64,000 nt of DNA. Origin: Octopus sinensis. Lineage: Eukaryota. Positions within the stretch are counted from its first letter, which is position 1. The number at the start of each line of letters is the position of its first letter. The notes beneath the pieces were generated by a model. It was not told the DNA's origin and searched no databases. It saw only the letters and a list, made by a program, of their open reading frames with translations. A program made the position numbers and the translations under genes. This document shows, piece by piece, positions 12,736 through 25,889 of the stretch. The DNA is taken from positions 35,712,001 through 35,776,000 of the forward strand of contig NC_043003.1 in assembly GCF_006345805.1 (NCBI RefSeq), written 5' to 3'.

Positions 12736-12960
12736 TAGATAGATAGATAGATAGAAGATAGATAGATAGATTGATAGATAGATAGATAGATAGATATATA
12801 CACACTTGTACCACATATATAGGTATGTGTAAGTATATATATAAATGCGTACACACACATACACACGTATGTATGTATGTATGTATGTATGTATGTATGT
12901 ATGTAGTTAGGTAGGTAGGTAGGTAGGTAGGTAGGTAGGTAGGTAGGTAGGCAGGTAGGC
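12625..12960. repeat. Serial (TA)n, (TAGA)n, (TATG)n and (TAGG)n microsatellites
   Basis: Read directly. Confidence 0.95.
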
Positions 12961-13381
12961 AGGCAGCCAGGCAACCAGACAGACCGACGGGCAGATGGGT
13001 TAGTATGTATAAAAAGATTGATATAGTGGAAGAATTGCAATCTCTCTGCGACAGTTGGGAAGAAGAAAGATTATCTTCAAACCAGAGATTTGCAACGTTA
13101 AAGCCTTCCACAAACCAAGATAAATAAATGAATAAAATAAAATAAAAATTCGTGTTAAACCCAGTAACAGATTCAATCTACCACCCCCAAAACTTAGGGA
13201 GGGTGTAGATATTTCTGTCTTTAAGATAAACTGAGATATTTAATAAGCTACAGAATTATAATTACATTACAGAAAATGAACAGCTATAATAGAACAATTT
13301 GAAGTAAAATTATGCAAAATATCAGCCATCTCTGAATGATACCTGTTAGAAAAGATATTAACTGCAAATGTATAAAGCAGT

Positions 13382-13934
13382 TACAGTAATCCCTCAACTA
13401 TCGCGGGTGTTATGTTCCAAAAAAACCCCGTGGTATGTGAAAATCCGCGAAGTAGAAACAGTGCGTCTGTTCAGTTTGGCTCACAGATTTTTTTATTAAT
13501 TTTTTTGAAACTAAACAGCTTGAAACTTTGTATAATGGAGTAATTTCTCACGCAAAACACGGTTTACTTTGAACAATTTTGACAAAATTTCACACTTTAG
13601 AAGTTACTTTGTGTTTATATTTGTCGTATTTGGGTAATTTTAACCAATCAAAGACGTGTATTCAGTTGAACCTTATTCTGTGTGAGAAATTACACCAGTA
13701 TACGAAGTTTCCAACTGTTTAGTTTTTAAAAAATTAATTAAAATATCTGTGAGCCAAACTGAACAGATCCGAAATAGTAATGCATTGAATATTTTTATAA
13801 TTTTATAATTTGTAAATATTTCTGTTATTATGAATGTAAAACAATACCACAGAGGAATCGACGTAAGCTTAAATAATAAACTGCGGTAGGTGAACCGCTA
13901 TAGGTGAACAGCGATATAGCGAGGGGTTACTGTA
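13382..13934. mobile_element. Tigger/pogo-like MITE
   Basis: TIRs tacagtaatccctcaactatcgcg and gcgatatagcgaggggttactgta with TA ends; no ORF. Confidence 0.8.
13466..13767. mobile_element. Second MITE nested inside the Tigger-like MITE
   Basis: Perfect termini tctgttcagtttggctcacagat and atctgtgagccaaactgaacaga; imperfect inverted arms continue for ~90 bp. Confidence 0.8.
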
Positions 13935-16377
13935 TAGGCAAAGTATGACCTGCAATATATTCCGAATAGCAAGCCTCGTCGACAAATTACCGATGAATAT
14001 TTTTAGTTGTGCAACTAAATTAGATGAGCCTTATCTTAATCAGCTCTCTTTTCGAAAAAGCTTGTTTCTATCTGGTATATAAACATCCCAATGAGAAGAG
14101 TATAATTTGCAAGAATGCTATATGCACTAATTGGTGGGGAATTGGCTGGAATAGGAGAATGTCAGTAAAACTGCCCTTCTACATTTAGTTTTGTGTGTTT
14201 GTTATGACTCAGAAACTGTAGCACGATCTTACCTGTCACTCTCTCATGTTTTATCAAATTAATATCTGTAATATAATCTAAGATGTATCAATGAACTACA
14301 TTCCAGCAACCGTATCTAAAACCCCTGACTGCTGTCTAAAAGAAATCAATGTATGATATATTTGGTTGAATTTTACTGGAAATTCGTTCTTTTGTTTCCA
14401 ACACAAAAGTTACACTCAGCATTTTTCTTTTCTTTTTCTGGGATAAGTCCAAGATCAGGGAAAGATAGTTCAAAAACAGATATATAAGAATGCTTACACC
14501 TGATATAAACATGCAGAGAAGACGAGACATTGATATACTTCATCTCTTTCTTTCCAGCTTTAACTTTTTTCACCTCCTCTGACATTCTGTCATACTCTCC
14601 TTTGTTTCATTCAGTCAGTTTTAGCCTTCATTCTTTCTATTTTCCTTCCATCTATTCAATCGTCTTTTCCATTCTTTTATTGTGTGATTCATTTATTTTT
14701 CTTTATTTTTCAAATTCTTTTCACCTATTTTCTTCCAATCAGTATTTCGTTTACTTTATTTCTTATGCTTATTTTAATTTATTTCCTTTTTTTACACCAT
14801 TTTACTATTTGTATTTTCTTCTGTCTTTTATTAATTCTAATATTCCTTCATTTATTGAACTTTATCTTTTACTCTCCCATTCCTCTTTGCTTCCCGCTCT
14901 TGTACTTTTCAATTCCTATTATTCAATATTTCCGATTTTCACTCTTTCCTACATTTTTTCTGTTGTCTTTTTGTTCGGCTATATTTTTTAAAACACCACG
15001 AATTTCTCTTGTTTATATGCTTTTTTCCGTCCTTTTCATCTCATTGCTCTCTTTCATTTATTATCGATTTCATATTATTTGAAGATTTTTTCCTTTTTTT
15101 TTTGTATTTTAAAAATTTTTTTCATTTTTCTTCATTCTTCATTCTGTTTCACACTGTTCAACCAACATGCAGAAGGCCAAATATATTGTGTGTCACTCAG
15201 TCAACTGAAGGCCTCAGTGTACCACCACGAGTAATTCTCTGCGTTCATAGGCAAGAATATTATCTTCGTAAACAACTTATTCCAAACCAGCACCAATAAG
15301 GAAGTATAAATTTAGAGTGATTTATAACTTTGATAAGGAATTTTAATTTCAATGATCATTTAGATATCAATAATAAAGTTCAACCTATTGCTGAAAAATT
15401 CAACACAGCTGGCTTACTTTATCATTAAGAACTTGAACAGTATCTTCCTCTAAATATGCCCATTGAAAATACCCTGCTATGTCTAGCATATCCAGTAACT
15501 ACTTCATGACTTCTTACATTTAGTCTTTGAAGGCTTCCAACTAAAAGAGACGTCACAGGATTTTCCTCCACGGACCACTTGTACGCATTTTCATGTGATT
15601 TTGCTTGGGTTGAGCAAGACAATTTATATCACATAGCTCCAATTCGCTCAGCTGCAAAATGAGTTGCGACGTCACTGGTGTCAAGCTGTATCGGCTTTTG
15701 ACTTTCCTTTGGAGAACATTTGTAGTGTGGAGAGGGGTAGCTGGTATGCATGGGCGACTGCTGGTCTTCCATAAACAACTCTGCCCGGATTTGTGCTTTG
15801 GAGGGGAACTTTGTAGGTTCAATCCCAAGGTCATTCATTACCTGGGTAATCTTACAGATAAGTAGATCTCTTCTGTAAATATGTCCATTACGTAAGCATA
15901 ACCTGGATACAATGGTTTAATTGGAAAACGATGAACATCACGACGCTGACGGATTTCAATAAACGAGAGAACTTAAATGGGGTCATTGCCCCTTCCAGAA
16001 GCAGCAGTAAAATTTTTATATTAAGCTCAACCGTATTGAATAGAGAGTGAGACATTTGAGAATCCAGTCATAGATATGTAGCTCCAAAAAAACTTAAGGA
16101 TGAGGCCTGATCACTGCAATGCGAGACTTTGACTACAGGCACGCATTACTCGATCGAAGGGTGGCCACAACTCATGCACCACCACCAAATTTGACAACAA
16201 CAACCACAACAACACCAAAAACACCAAGGATACTGATACATAGTTAAATGTAATTGTTTTCCCTCTATTAATGTTAATGTGATAGAATCAAATTTCTTTA
16301 TTCCCCTAATTCAGGTTAGCATCTCGACGATGCTTATCGGCAGTAGAACTTTGAAGTCACTATAAATGTCCCGTGTG

Positions 16378-16440
<63 letters not shown>

Positions 16441-16491
16441 GTGTGTGTGTGTATGTGTGTGTGTGTGTACATATATATACATATATATATA

Positions 16492-16672
16492 TAAGCAGCT
16501 CAACAAACTCCCTTGCAGTGTTAATGTAGAAAAACTTCATAAGATAGTGTTGCTAGGTTCCGCACACATTGTACGCCGTGTACACTCCATGAGATGAGAA
16601 CCTGCTGTGACCTTAGGGTCAAGGAATGACCCCAGTTTAGCAAAAGACATCGGACCATCTTTTATACAAATA
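16492..16672 (+). mobile_element. Extreme 3' end of an R4/Dong-like LINE followed by (TAA)n
   Basis: QLNKLPCSVNVEKLHKIVLLGSAHIVRRVHSMR* matches the IQKxxLLGTAHILRRVL C-terminus; a short 3' UTR runs into (TAA)n. Confidence 0.7.
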
Positions 16673-16684
16673 ATAATAATAATA

Positions 16685-16759
<75 letters not shown>

Positions 16760-16905
16760 CAAAAACAACAACAAGATCGAAAAATACCTTAGGGATGAGA
16801 AGCCAGGTTCGAAAATTTCCCTAATGAAGGCTGGAGAGTATATCAACCGAAACGTTGTGTTAACAAAGATGAGGAGAAATATCCGTGAAATGTAAATAAT
16901 GTAAC
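16760..16905 (+). mobile_element. Short Penelope-type terminal fragment with degenerate HHR-like motif
   Basis: cTAATGA-a-ggctg...caacc-GAAAcgtt at 16821-16856: G5 replaced by A and helix I not convincing. Flanked by microsatellites. Confidence 0.4.
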
Positions 16906-17219
16906 TAATGTATACATACATACATACATACATATGTGTGTGTGTGTGTGTGTACATCTATGTGTGTGGGTATGTCAGCGTGTGTTTACGAATGTAAGTA
17001 TGTATAAAAGGCTTCGCAATGTCTCACGTTACTATTACACCTCTTCTGACTCAAGTCTCTCCGTCTGGCACAAAAAAACTCATCAGTCAATCGAAGAGTT
17101 TGCGTGTGAAAATTCACTTTTAAAAAACTGAATAAGACAACCGAGGATTAATTTTTTCATTCATCTCTGTTGTAAAGAAAAAGCAGTAAGAGTCAGAAGG
17201 AAGACACGGAGAATGGGGT

Positions 17220-18798
17220 GCGAGGGAAGAAGAAGAAGAAGAGAAGAAGAAGAGAAGAAGAAGAAGAAGAAGAAGAAGAAGAAGAAGAAGAAGAGAAGAA
17301 GGAGAAGAAGAAGAAGGAGGAGGAGGAGGAGGAGGGTAGGAAATGAAGAAGAAGAAGAAGAAGAAGAAGAAAGAAGAAGAAGAAGACGAAGAAGAAGAAG
17401 GAGGAAGAAGGAAGAAGAAGAAGAAGAAGCAGAACAAGAAGAAGAAGAAGAAGGAGGAAGAAGGAAGAAGAAGAAGGAAGAAAGAAGAAGGAGGAGGAGG
17501 AGAAGAATAAAGAGGTGGGTGAGGGGGAGAAGAAGAAAAAGAAAAAGTAGAAGAAGAAGAAGAAGAAGAAGAAGAAGGAGGAGGAGAAGAAGAAGAACAA
17601 GAAAAAGAGTGGGCTGTTGTAGTGAAAGTAGACTGCGAAAGACAGCTGATGAAGTTAGAATAAAGAGAAAGAATGGAAATATATGTAAATAAATAACGAA
17701 AATCTGTTATGATGACGGTTATAATGATGACAATAGCGGTTTCCCGACGAGAAAAATGACTTTGATAAACTTCATGAAGATGACGACGAGGACGACGACG
17801 ACGATGATAACGAGAGCGACGATAATAGTGTTGATGATGATGATGATGATGATGACTATGAGGCCGACGACGATGACGATGACGATGATGGTAATAATAA
17901 CAATAACGTGGACGATGACGACGATGCTGATGACTATATCGATGACGGTGATAACGAGGGCGACGATAATGGTGTTGATGATGATGATGATGATGACGAC
18001 TATGAGGCCGACGACGATGACGATGACGATGACGATGATGATGAAGATGACGATGAAGCTGTTGATTGTGATGAAGACAACGACGATGTTGACGATGATG
18101 ACTGCGAGGATGACGATATCTATCATTAAGGCGGCGTGCTGGCAGACTCATTAGCGCGCCGGGCGAAATACTTAGCGGTATTTCGTCTGTGGTTACGGTC
18201 TGAGTTCAAATTCCGCCGAGGTCGACTTTACCTTTCATTCTTACGAGGTCGATAAATAAAGTACCAGTTTTGCACTAGGGGGTCGATGTAATCAACTTAA
18301 TCCCTTTGTCTGTCCTTGTTTGTCCCCTCTATGTTTAGCCCCTTGTGGGCAATAATGAAATAGATATCTATCATGACGGTGGGGCACGGCTGATTGTGAT
18401 GGATATGGCAATAGTAGCGAGGATGTTGATGATGACAAATTTGAGGTTTTCGGAATATATCACGACGTAGTTAGAGACAACAGAGCTGCTGTAAAATCTT
18501 GGCGAATTTGTTGATGATGATGATCATGATGATGATGATCCTCATCATCTTGATTGTAGGTATGTATGCTTTGGTCAATATTCTTCAAGTAGACATATGA
18601 CCAAATGAATTCCAATTGTAAACCTTTCGCTATTTGCGTGACCCCCATAAAGAATTCTGCATTGGAAACTCGTCGTTACTCGGTGGAGTCGCCTACATGA
18701 AAATTTGTTCCGATTGGCAGCCGTGTTCATGCGTTGAGCAGGCTAAAATGTGGATCTTGATGATAACTATGGTGTTGGCGGGAATGGTATTAGCAAGA

Positions 18799-18861
<63 letters not shown>

Positions 18862-18880
18862 ATGATGGTGATGGTGATGG

Positions 18881-18915
<35 letters not shown>

Positions 18916-18936
18916 GTGGTGATGTTGATGATGATA

Positions 18937-18989
<53 letters not shown>

Positions 18990-19350
18990 AGTTAACTCGG
19001 ACTATTAATGGTAATGAAAGAAAGGGCGAGTAACTCTGGTATTGAACTGTGAAGATGGTACAGAAGTGATAGAAACGGCGATGTTGACGACCGGGTGATC
19101 AATGCATTTGCGGATGATCGATGATAGTGGCGGTGATGCTGACTGTTGCGGTGATGAGAATCATGTTAGTTGCGGTGGTGGAGATGGTGATGGTGGTGGT
19201 GGTGGCGGTACGGGTGATGCTCGTTGTGACAGGGCCTGGAACCGGCGGTAGTTGTGCTTGTAGTAGATGTGATAGAAAATTTAAATATGAACAAAAACGA
19301 TCGAACCAAGCAACAGAAAATCTTAGACATACTACTACTACTACTAATAT

Positions 19351-19386
<36 letters not shown>

Positions 19387-20358
19387 CACCGCCACCACCA
19401 CCGCCACTACCACCACTACCACGTCTACTACTAATTCTAATATTATTACTATTAATGATGATAATACTGATGGCGACGACGACGACGATGATGATGATGA
19501 TGGTAGGGTAGTGGTAATAGCAGTAGTAGTAGTAGTAGTAGTAGTGGTAGTAGTAGTAGTAGTAATAGTAGTAGCAGTTGTTGTTGTTGTAGCAGTAGCA
19601 GCAGTTGTAGTGTTAATAGTGGTGGTAGTGGTGGTAGTGGCGGAGGTAGTGATGGTAGTGGTGATGATGGTGGTGGTGGTGATGGTCGTGGTGTTGGTAA
19701 CAAATAACAACGGCAACCATATCAAAAATAACATTATTATTATTATTACTGCAACTAATAATAATGACAATTATGTTAATACTATAATAATGTTAATAAT
19801 AATGATAATAATGTTAATAATATTAATGCTAATAAAGAATATATAAATAAAATAGTAAATACACAATGCAAGAAAATTTCAAATCAAAACGGCTTTAGGC
19901 AAAAATTGTATTCAAAGACTACGCAATAATAGATTTTGTCAAAATTATGTGAAATTAACGCGTAGTGTGTCAGAAGAGGAAACGTATACGGAAAATGAAG
20001 GTGGTGGGGAAGGAGACAGAGTGGTATGGCATGGGGGTGGTTCAGCGATATTGGGACGGCGCAGGGTGGTCTTCGAGTGAGAGGTTGCAGTTGATTTCTG
20101 AATGAGACAAGTGGGGTGGAAATGATGAATATGAAGATAGAGACGATGGTCGTTGAGTGGGAAATGGAAGTGATGATAAGGGGTTACGGTGGTAGTAGTA
20201 AACGGTGGTGGTGGTGGTGGTGATGGTGGTGGTAGTAGTGGTGATGATGGTCGTGGCGGTGCCGGTGGATCTGGTAGTTGTAGTGGTGATGGTGGTGGTT
20301 TTGAAGTTGGTGTCGGTATGGTTAAGTGTAGGGGATATGTTTGCCGTGGTTGTCTTGC

Positions 20359-20423
<65 letters not shown>

Positions 20424-20663
20424 TAATAATAACAACAATAATAATAACGATAGCAATAATAATACAATCCTTAATAATGATGATAACAATAATAAGAAAA
20501 TTAAAGATAATGCTAATGACGATCACAATAACAATAATAATGAAAATAATGAAGATGATATTGATGACGATGTTGATGATGATGACGGTTATTATTATTA
20601 TTATTATTGTTCTTGCTGTTTTATTATCATAGTAGTAATTGCAGAGAGAGCAGCAGCAGTAGC

Positions 20664-20697
<34 letters not shown>

Positions 20698-21360
20698 GTA
20701 GTAGTAGTATAGTAGTAGTAGTAGTAGTAGTAGTAGTACGAAGGAAGTACTGAGGGTAGGGTGAACGGCGGGTGACTTGAAGGATTTTACGACGGAAAGC
20801 AGCGAAGAATGAATGAATTTATAATGGCTGATTGAATAAATGATGGAAGTGTGAATGGTGGAGGTGGGGGTGAAACTAAATGACTTACAAAAATGGAAGT
20901 AGAAGAGAAGAAGAAGAAGAAGAAGAAGAAGAAGAAAAAGAAAAAGAAGAAGACATTGAAGAAAAAGAAAAAGAAGAAGAAGAAGAAGAAGAAGAAGACA
21001 TTGAAGAAGAAGAAGAAGAAGAAGGAGGAGGAGGAGAAGGAGGAGAAGGAGGAGGAGGAGAAGAAGATGACATTGAAGAAGAGGAAGTAGAAGAAGAAGA
21101 AGAAGAGGCAGAAGAAGAGGTAGAAGGAGAGGTAGAAGAAGAAGAAGTAGAAGAAGAAATAGAAGAAGAATATAATGGTGATGATGATGATGATGATGGC
21201 GACGACCGACGATGATGGTGAGGAAGAGGAGGTGGTGGTGGTGGAGAGGAGGAAGGGGATGAAGGAAAAGATGTTGACGATAATGACGATATAATATATG
21301 ATAACGACCATGATGATGATGATGATGACGACGACGACGACGATGATGATGATAGTGATT
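17220..21360. repeat. ~4-kb field of compound trinucleotide microsatellites (GAA, GAT/GAC, TAC/CAC, TAG, GGT, TAA)
   Basis: Read directly; generates the many homopolymeric ORFs of 17.1-21.6 kb. Confidence 0.95.
18129..18362 (+). mobile_element. Full-length tRNA-derived SINE (family 1)
   Basis: aggcggcgtgctggcagactcattagc head, gagttcaaattccgccgaggtcgac B box, conserved body and tail. Confidence 0.9.
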
Positions 21361-21960
21361 GATGATGATGAAGAGCTTGAAGAAATTGAGAGTATTTCAA
21401 ATAGAGAGAAAAAGAGACAGACACTGTCTTGTAGAAGATATTGCGAAAAGAAACGAGACAAATAAGTTTGATAAGAAGAGTGAAAAATTTAGAAAACTGA
21501 ATGAAATTCGAATGAATAAGTCAGTGAATGACAACGGCTTAAAAAAAACAACAACAAAACTATTTCAAGATGATTGATAAGTGACAAATAGGGGTGGGAA
21601 CAATGAACCTTCGAATAATCGATGAAATACAAAGATATGTATACATATATGTGTATATGTGTATATGTGCGTGTATGTGTGTGTATGTATGTATGTACGT
21701 ATGTGTGCGTACGTAGGTGTGTGTATATGTGAGTGTAAATAGCTGTGTGCTGTTGTATAATGTACGTGTTTCTAAACAGAAAGGTGTATAAATGTTGTTA
21801 TATAATAGTGAATAATCAAGAGATTGAGAGAGAGAGAGAGAGCAAGAGGAGCGATGTATAGCTGTGCTCCAGCATGGCCACTGGCGTTGGGCAGGAACAA
21901 GTAAAGCAAAACGATGAATGCATATACGCGTATATGTGCATACACACACACACACACACA

Positions 21961-22170
21961 CAAAGGGAACTGAGAAGTTCCTGGCTTCAAGATTATCGGG
22001 AAAGGCCTGGATGGAGACCTAGCCGTCCGAGATATTTTACTGGGTTTAGAAAAATGAAGGACCGCTGCTATAAGTGTGTGAATCTGAGAGGAGAATATGT
22101 TGAACAAATAACTAATAATTAACTGATCTTCCTCTGTATGTTCTCTTACCCAAAGCCAGGAAATTTGTAT
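21961..22170 (+). mobile_element. Mariner-derived MITE / deletion derivative
   Basis: Inverted ends aagttcctggctt and aaagccaggaaattt; the interior keeps the transposase C-terminus GFRKMKDRCYKCVNLRGEYVE. Confidence 0.7.
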
Positions 22171-22294
22171 GTGTGTATATATATATATATATGATCCGAT
22201 TCTTGACTGAAGATTGAAGGCTTCGAATGTCCCGTCCGTGTTTTTTGTATCGTCTTCTAAATGTTTTGCTTTCTTGTCCCAGTCTGTATATATA

Positions 22295-22640
22295 TGTATA
22301 TATATAAATTAAATTAGAGATAAAACCACTATTACGCAAATCAAACAGTGAAAGACATAAACCCAAACATAAAAATAAATATAATTAATATAATATACAA
22401 AATAAATAAAATATAAAATTTAAAAGTTAAATTATTTAAATTTTAAATTTTAAATTTATATTTATAAATTTTTATATTTCTATATTTTTTTAATTTTAAA
22501 TTTATAAATTTTTAAACTTTTAATTTTTACATTTTTTAATTTTTTAATTAATTAATTAATTTTTTTTACACTATTAAAAAGTATTAAAAAGTTTAATATA
22601 ATATAAGTAAAACCACTACGTACGTTTCATGGCCATGATT
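22295..22640 (-). mobile_element. Degenerate relative of the family C Penelope-type repeat
   Basis: gagataaaaccactatt...aaac.gtgaaagac resembles 3401-3445. The minus strand at ~22612-22632 keeps the HHR 3' half (tGAAacgtacgtAgtgg); the 5' half is lost. Confidence 0.5.
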
Positions 22641-22974
22641 CAATTCGAATTACAATTAACTTAAATTCAATAAAAAATTCGAATTATAATTACGGTCAAT
22701 CTTTAGGTTAATGATAATAGTTAAATAAATAAGCAAATAGATTTAAACAATATATTTTAAGATATAAATAAAATAATATTTTTCTTGTAAAAAACTCTAT
22801 TATCAAATTAGAAACTTAAACCATTAGGATTATGTCATACAACCCAATTATTATGTTAAATATTAATTTTTAAGGTAAAAAAATAGATAGAAAAATGTAT
22901 TATCTATTAATATATAATATGGCTTTAAAAAACATAATAAACTCAAGACTATCTTAAACTCATTATATATATAT

Positions 22975-23062
<88 letters not shown>

Positions 23063-23589
23063 GCATTTATATATACATACATATATGTATGTATATATAT
23101 GTATATATGTATGTATACGAGACAGGTACACAATATTAGAATAAGTGCCACTAATAAGTTCTTGCCATAAAGACGTGGTAAGGATAATTTCATAACGTGC
23201 CTTTCGTCTTCACATTGTTTATTCTATTTGAAAATCAAAGCGTTATAAAAACCTTTCAAACCACGTTGTTTTAATGCCAAGAAACTCTTAGCAGCTCGCA
23301 TTTAAATAAAGTGTATATTAAATGATGTTTGTATCATACTAGAAGAAGTACAGTTCTTGTTAATCTTACTTAAACGGAACTGTGAACTGTATATATATTT
23401 ATATATAAATACATGTATACATATGCACGCAGTCACAGGCAGATACATTCATATGTATGTGTATATATGTCTACCGCAGCGTAGCCTACTTCGTTCATTT
23501 TATTTCATTTATTCTGTTCTTGCCTTATTATGATGTAATCTGACTGAAATTTGTTTTGGGTAATTCTAATAAGGTACTGTAGGAAGGCG

Positions 23590-23780
23590 AGAATGTGGAA
23601 GAATATTTAGCACGCTGGCATAATACTTAGCGGCATTTCTTCCGTCTTTATGTCCTGAGTTCAAATTGCTCCGAAGTTGTCATTGCCTTTCATCCTTTCT
23701 GGATCGATAAAAATTACCAGCTGAACAGTGGGGGCGATCTAATCGACTTTCGCCCTCCCTCGAATTTTCTGTCCTTGAAA
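23590..23780 (+). mobile_element. tRNA-derived SINE (family 1), diverged
   Basis: ttagcacgctggc...gagttcaaattg...gcctttcatcctttc...gatcgataaa. Confidence 0.8.
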
Positions 23781-23999
23781 CCAATAATATATTGTAGGAA
23801 AATTATTAAATCAGTTCGGAATATAATCGATTGAAGTAGCTGGACGTTAGCGTATTTATTATAGTAGAATGGTAGGTTTAGCTTGTAAGATGTTGAAACA
23901 ACCCGCATACAGTACGCACTCACACACACATACAAACACATACACACGCACACAATCGTCTATGTATGTTTGCAAGTATATCAGGTCACCCTTAGTGCT

Positions 24000-24700
24000 A
24001 CATGTAACATGTGACCCAGTGCGACCTGTCGCGTGGTCGGACTGTCGGCGATTAAAGCGAAGACCCTATCAAACTCAATTGGTACGGAGGGTGGTTTTCG
24101 TTGGGGATCCAGCAGGAGGGAAAACAAAACATGTCAAAAGGTGGATGAACTCTGCTGAGTCTACTGCCATCCAACAGTGTTGTATAATCATCGAATGTAA
24201 TGGACCTGAAGCTGGTGTCAAAGCATCCTTCTATGAGAAGCTCACTCTGATGCAACATCTACGATTGTTGGTCATCTGCTTCTGTGCTGTCACTTGATAA
24301 AAACCACAGGGACTCCAGGAGTGGTACTTGTGTTCTACAAGAGTTTATTGCTACAGTCCATTGACATATAGACATCTCTCTATGGTGAAATTATTATTCC
24401 ATCTACTGAAAGCGCTACGACGATGAATGAATGGTGAGATGTGCAGAACTAACCGGTAAGAATGTTCGAAACTATCATCGTGGAGCTCCTTATTCTACAA
24501 CGTGACCTAATCTGTTTCCGCCAATTTAGAATTTTGACTGATACTTATGCTTCAAACTATACAAATCTGCAGCAGAACTGAACAGATATCTAAGAATTCA
24601 TGCTTGGGAGTCAGAAATGTCAGAGCAACGAGATGACAAACATCCATGGAGATGGATTAATCACCATGTATTCATATCAGATCATTCTTATTACTCATAG
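24000..24700 (+). mobile_element. Possible degenerate RTE-like LINE 5' region
   Basis: Fragments resembling APE motifs (CNGPEAGVKASFYEKL; SKNSCLGVRNVRA); broken frames. Confidence 0.3.
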
Positions 24701-25191
24701 TGATATATAATCCAATACAACCGGTTGCATGATCAGGCCATCAGCGATTAAGTCGGCAACGACTGGAAAACGCTCAAGGAGGAGGAAAACACTTCCGACT
24801 ATGTTTGCATCCAATGATGTTCATTAGTTTTTCTTGGGCAAATACACCATTGAAAATGCCATGATGAAATGAAGACATATTTTGTTGTCGGTGGCAAGAT
24901 TTCCGAACAACTGCTGCGAAAGGCACGCATGTTTGCTACATCTGTAACTTAGAGTATAGGTGTCGAGATCCCTTACATCCATGTATGTATATACACATAT
25001 ATAGTTATAAATATGTAGATATATGTAGATATATACATACATATATATATTTATATATATATTTATACATACATGCCAGGAGGCATTATATATACCTGCC
25101 AAACGCTAAGAGGGACAATCATCATTTCTACCAAAAATATTACTAATCCCACCGAATGCAACTTTTCAAAGTAAGACATTTAAAAATATAT

Positions 25192-25238
25192 GGCCTGTAT
25201 CACAGTGATTTCATACTTACGTAATCATCAGCAGGCCT
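25192..25238 (-). ncRNA. Type-I hammerhead ribozyme motif, family B (inverted arm)
   Basis: Minus strand: aggcctg-CTGATGA-t-tac-GTAA-gta-t-GAA-atcac-t-gtgat-A-caggcc. Confidence 0.8.
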
Positions 25239-25840
25239 GAATGTATTATAAATAAACAACGACCTTGCCTCGCTCAAGCCGAACAGCTAACTGATCAACA
25301 TCAACGAAGCACATGGGTGAGTTTATATATATTACATCCGGGTGAATGGCAAACTTTTACAAAATTGCATTTCGGGAGAGGAAAGTATGAAATCACTGTG
25401 ATACAGGCCTATATATTTTTAAATGTCTTACTTTGAAAAGTTGCATTCGTGGGATTAGTATATTTTTGGTAGAAATGACTGATTGTCCCTCTTAGCGTTT
25501 GGCAGGTATATAATGCCTCCTGGCATGTATGTATAATTATGCCCTCTATAATAAATTATATGTTCAATAAGAATAATTATTTTCGAAATTTTTTCTCTTA
25601 TGAGGTTTTTACGCCATATCTACCTGACAATTTCTTGTTAAGTTTCCTTATTAAGTAGTTGTCCTTAATTGCAAAATTTTTATTCCGAAAAAACTTTTCC
25701 TCTCCCGAAATGCAATTTTGTAAAAGTTTGCCATTCACCCGGATGTATATATATAAACTCACCCATGTGCTTCGTTGATGTTGATCAGTTAGCTGTTCGG
25801 CTTGAGCGAGGCAAGGTCGTTGTTTATTTATAATACATTC

Positions 25841-25889
25841 AGGCCTGCTGATGATTACGGTAAGTATGAAATCACTGTGATACAGGCCT
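25841..25889 (+). ncRNA. Type-I hammerhead ribozyme motif, family B
   Basis: aggcctg-CTGATGA-t-tac-ggtaa-gta-t-GAA-atcac-t-gtgat-A-caggcct; predicted cut after 25882. Confidence 0.8.

Noticed and set aside
9652-21577. Long ORFs up to 343 aa with poly-H/D/E/K/I/M runs
   Set aside because: These are translations of trinucleotide microsatellites, open in several frames and on both strands, with no domain content.
22205-22235. CTGAAGA...GAAT hammerhead candidate
   Set aside because: A15.1 is missing and there is no helix I or helix III pairing.
23983-24065. HDV-like ribozyme at the 5' end of the RTE-like remnant
   Set aside because: ggtcac/gtgacc can pair, but I could not build P1.1, P2 and P3 or place a catalytic C in J4/2.
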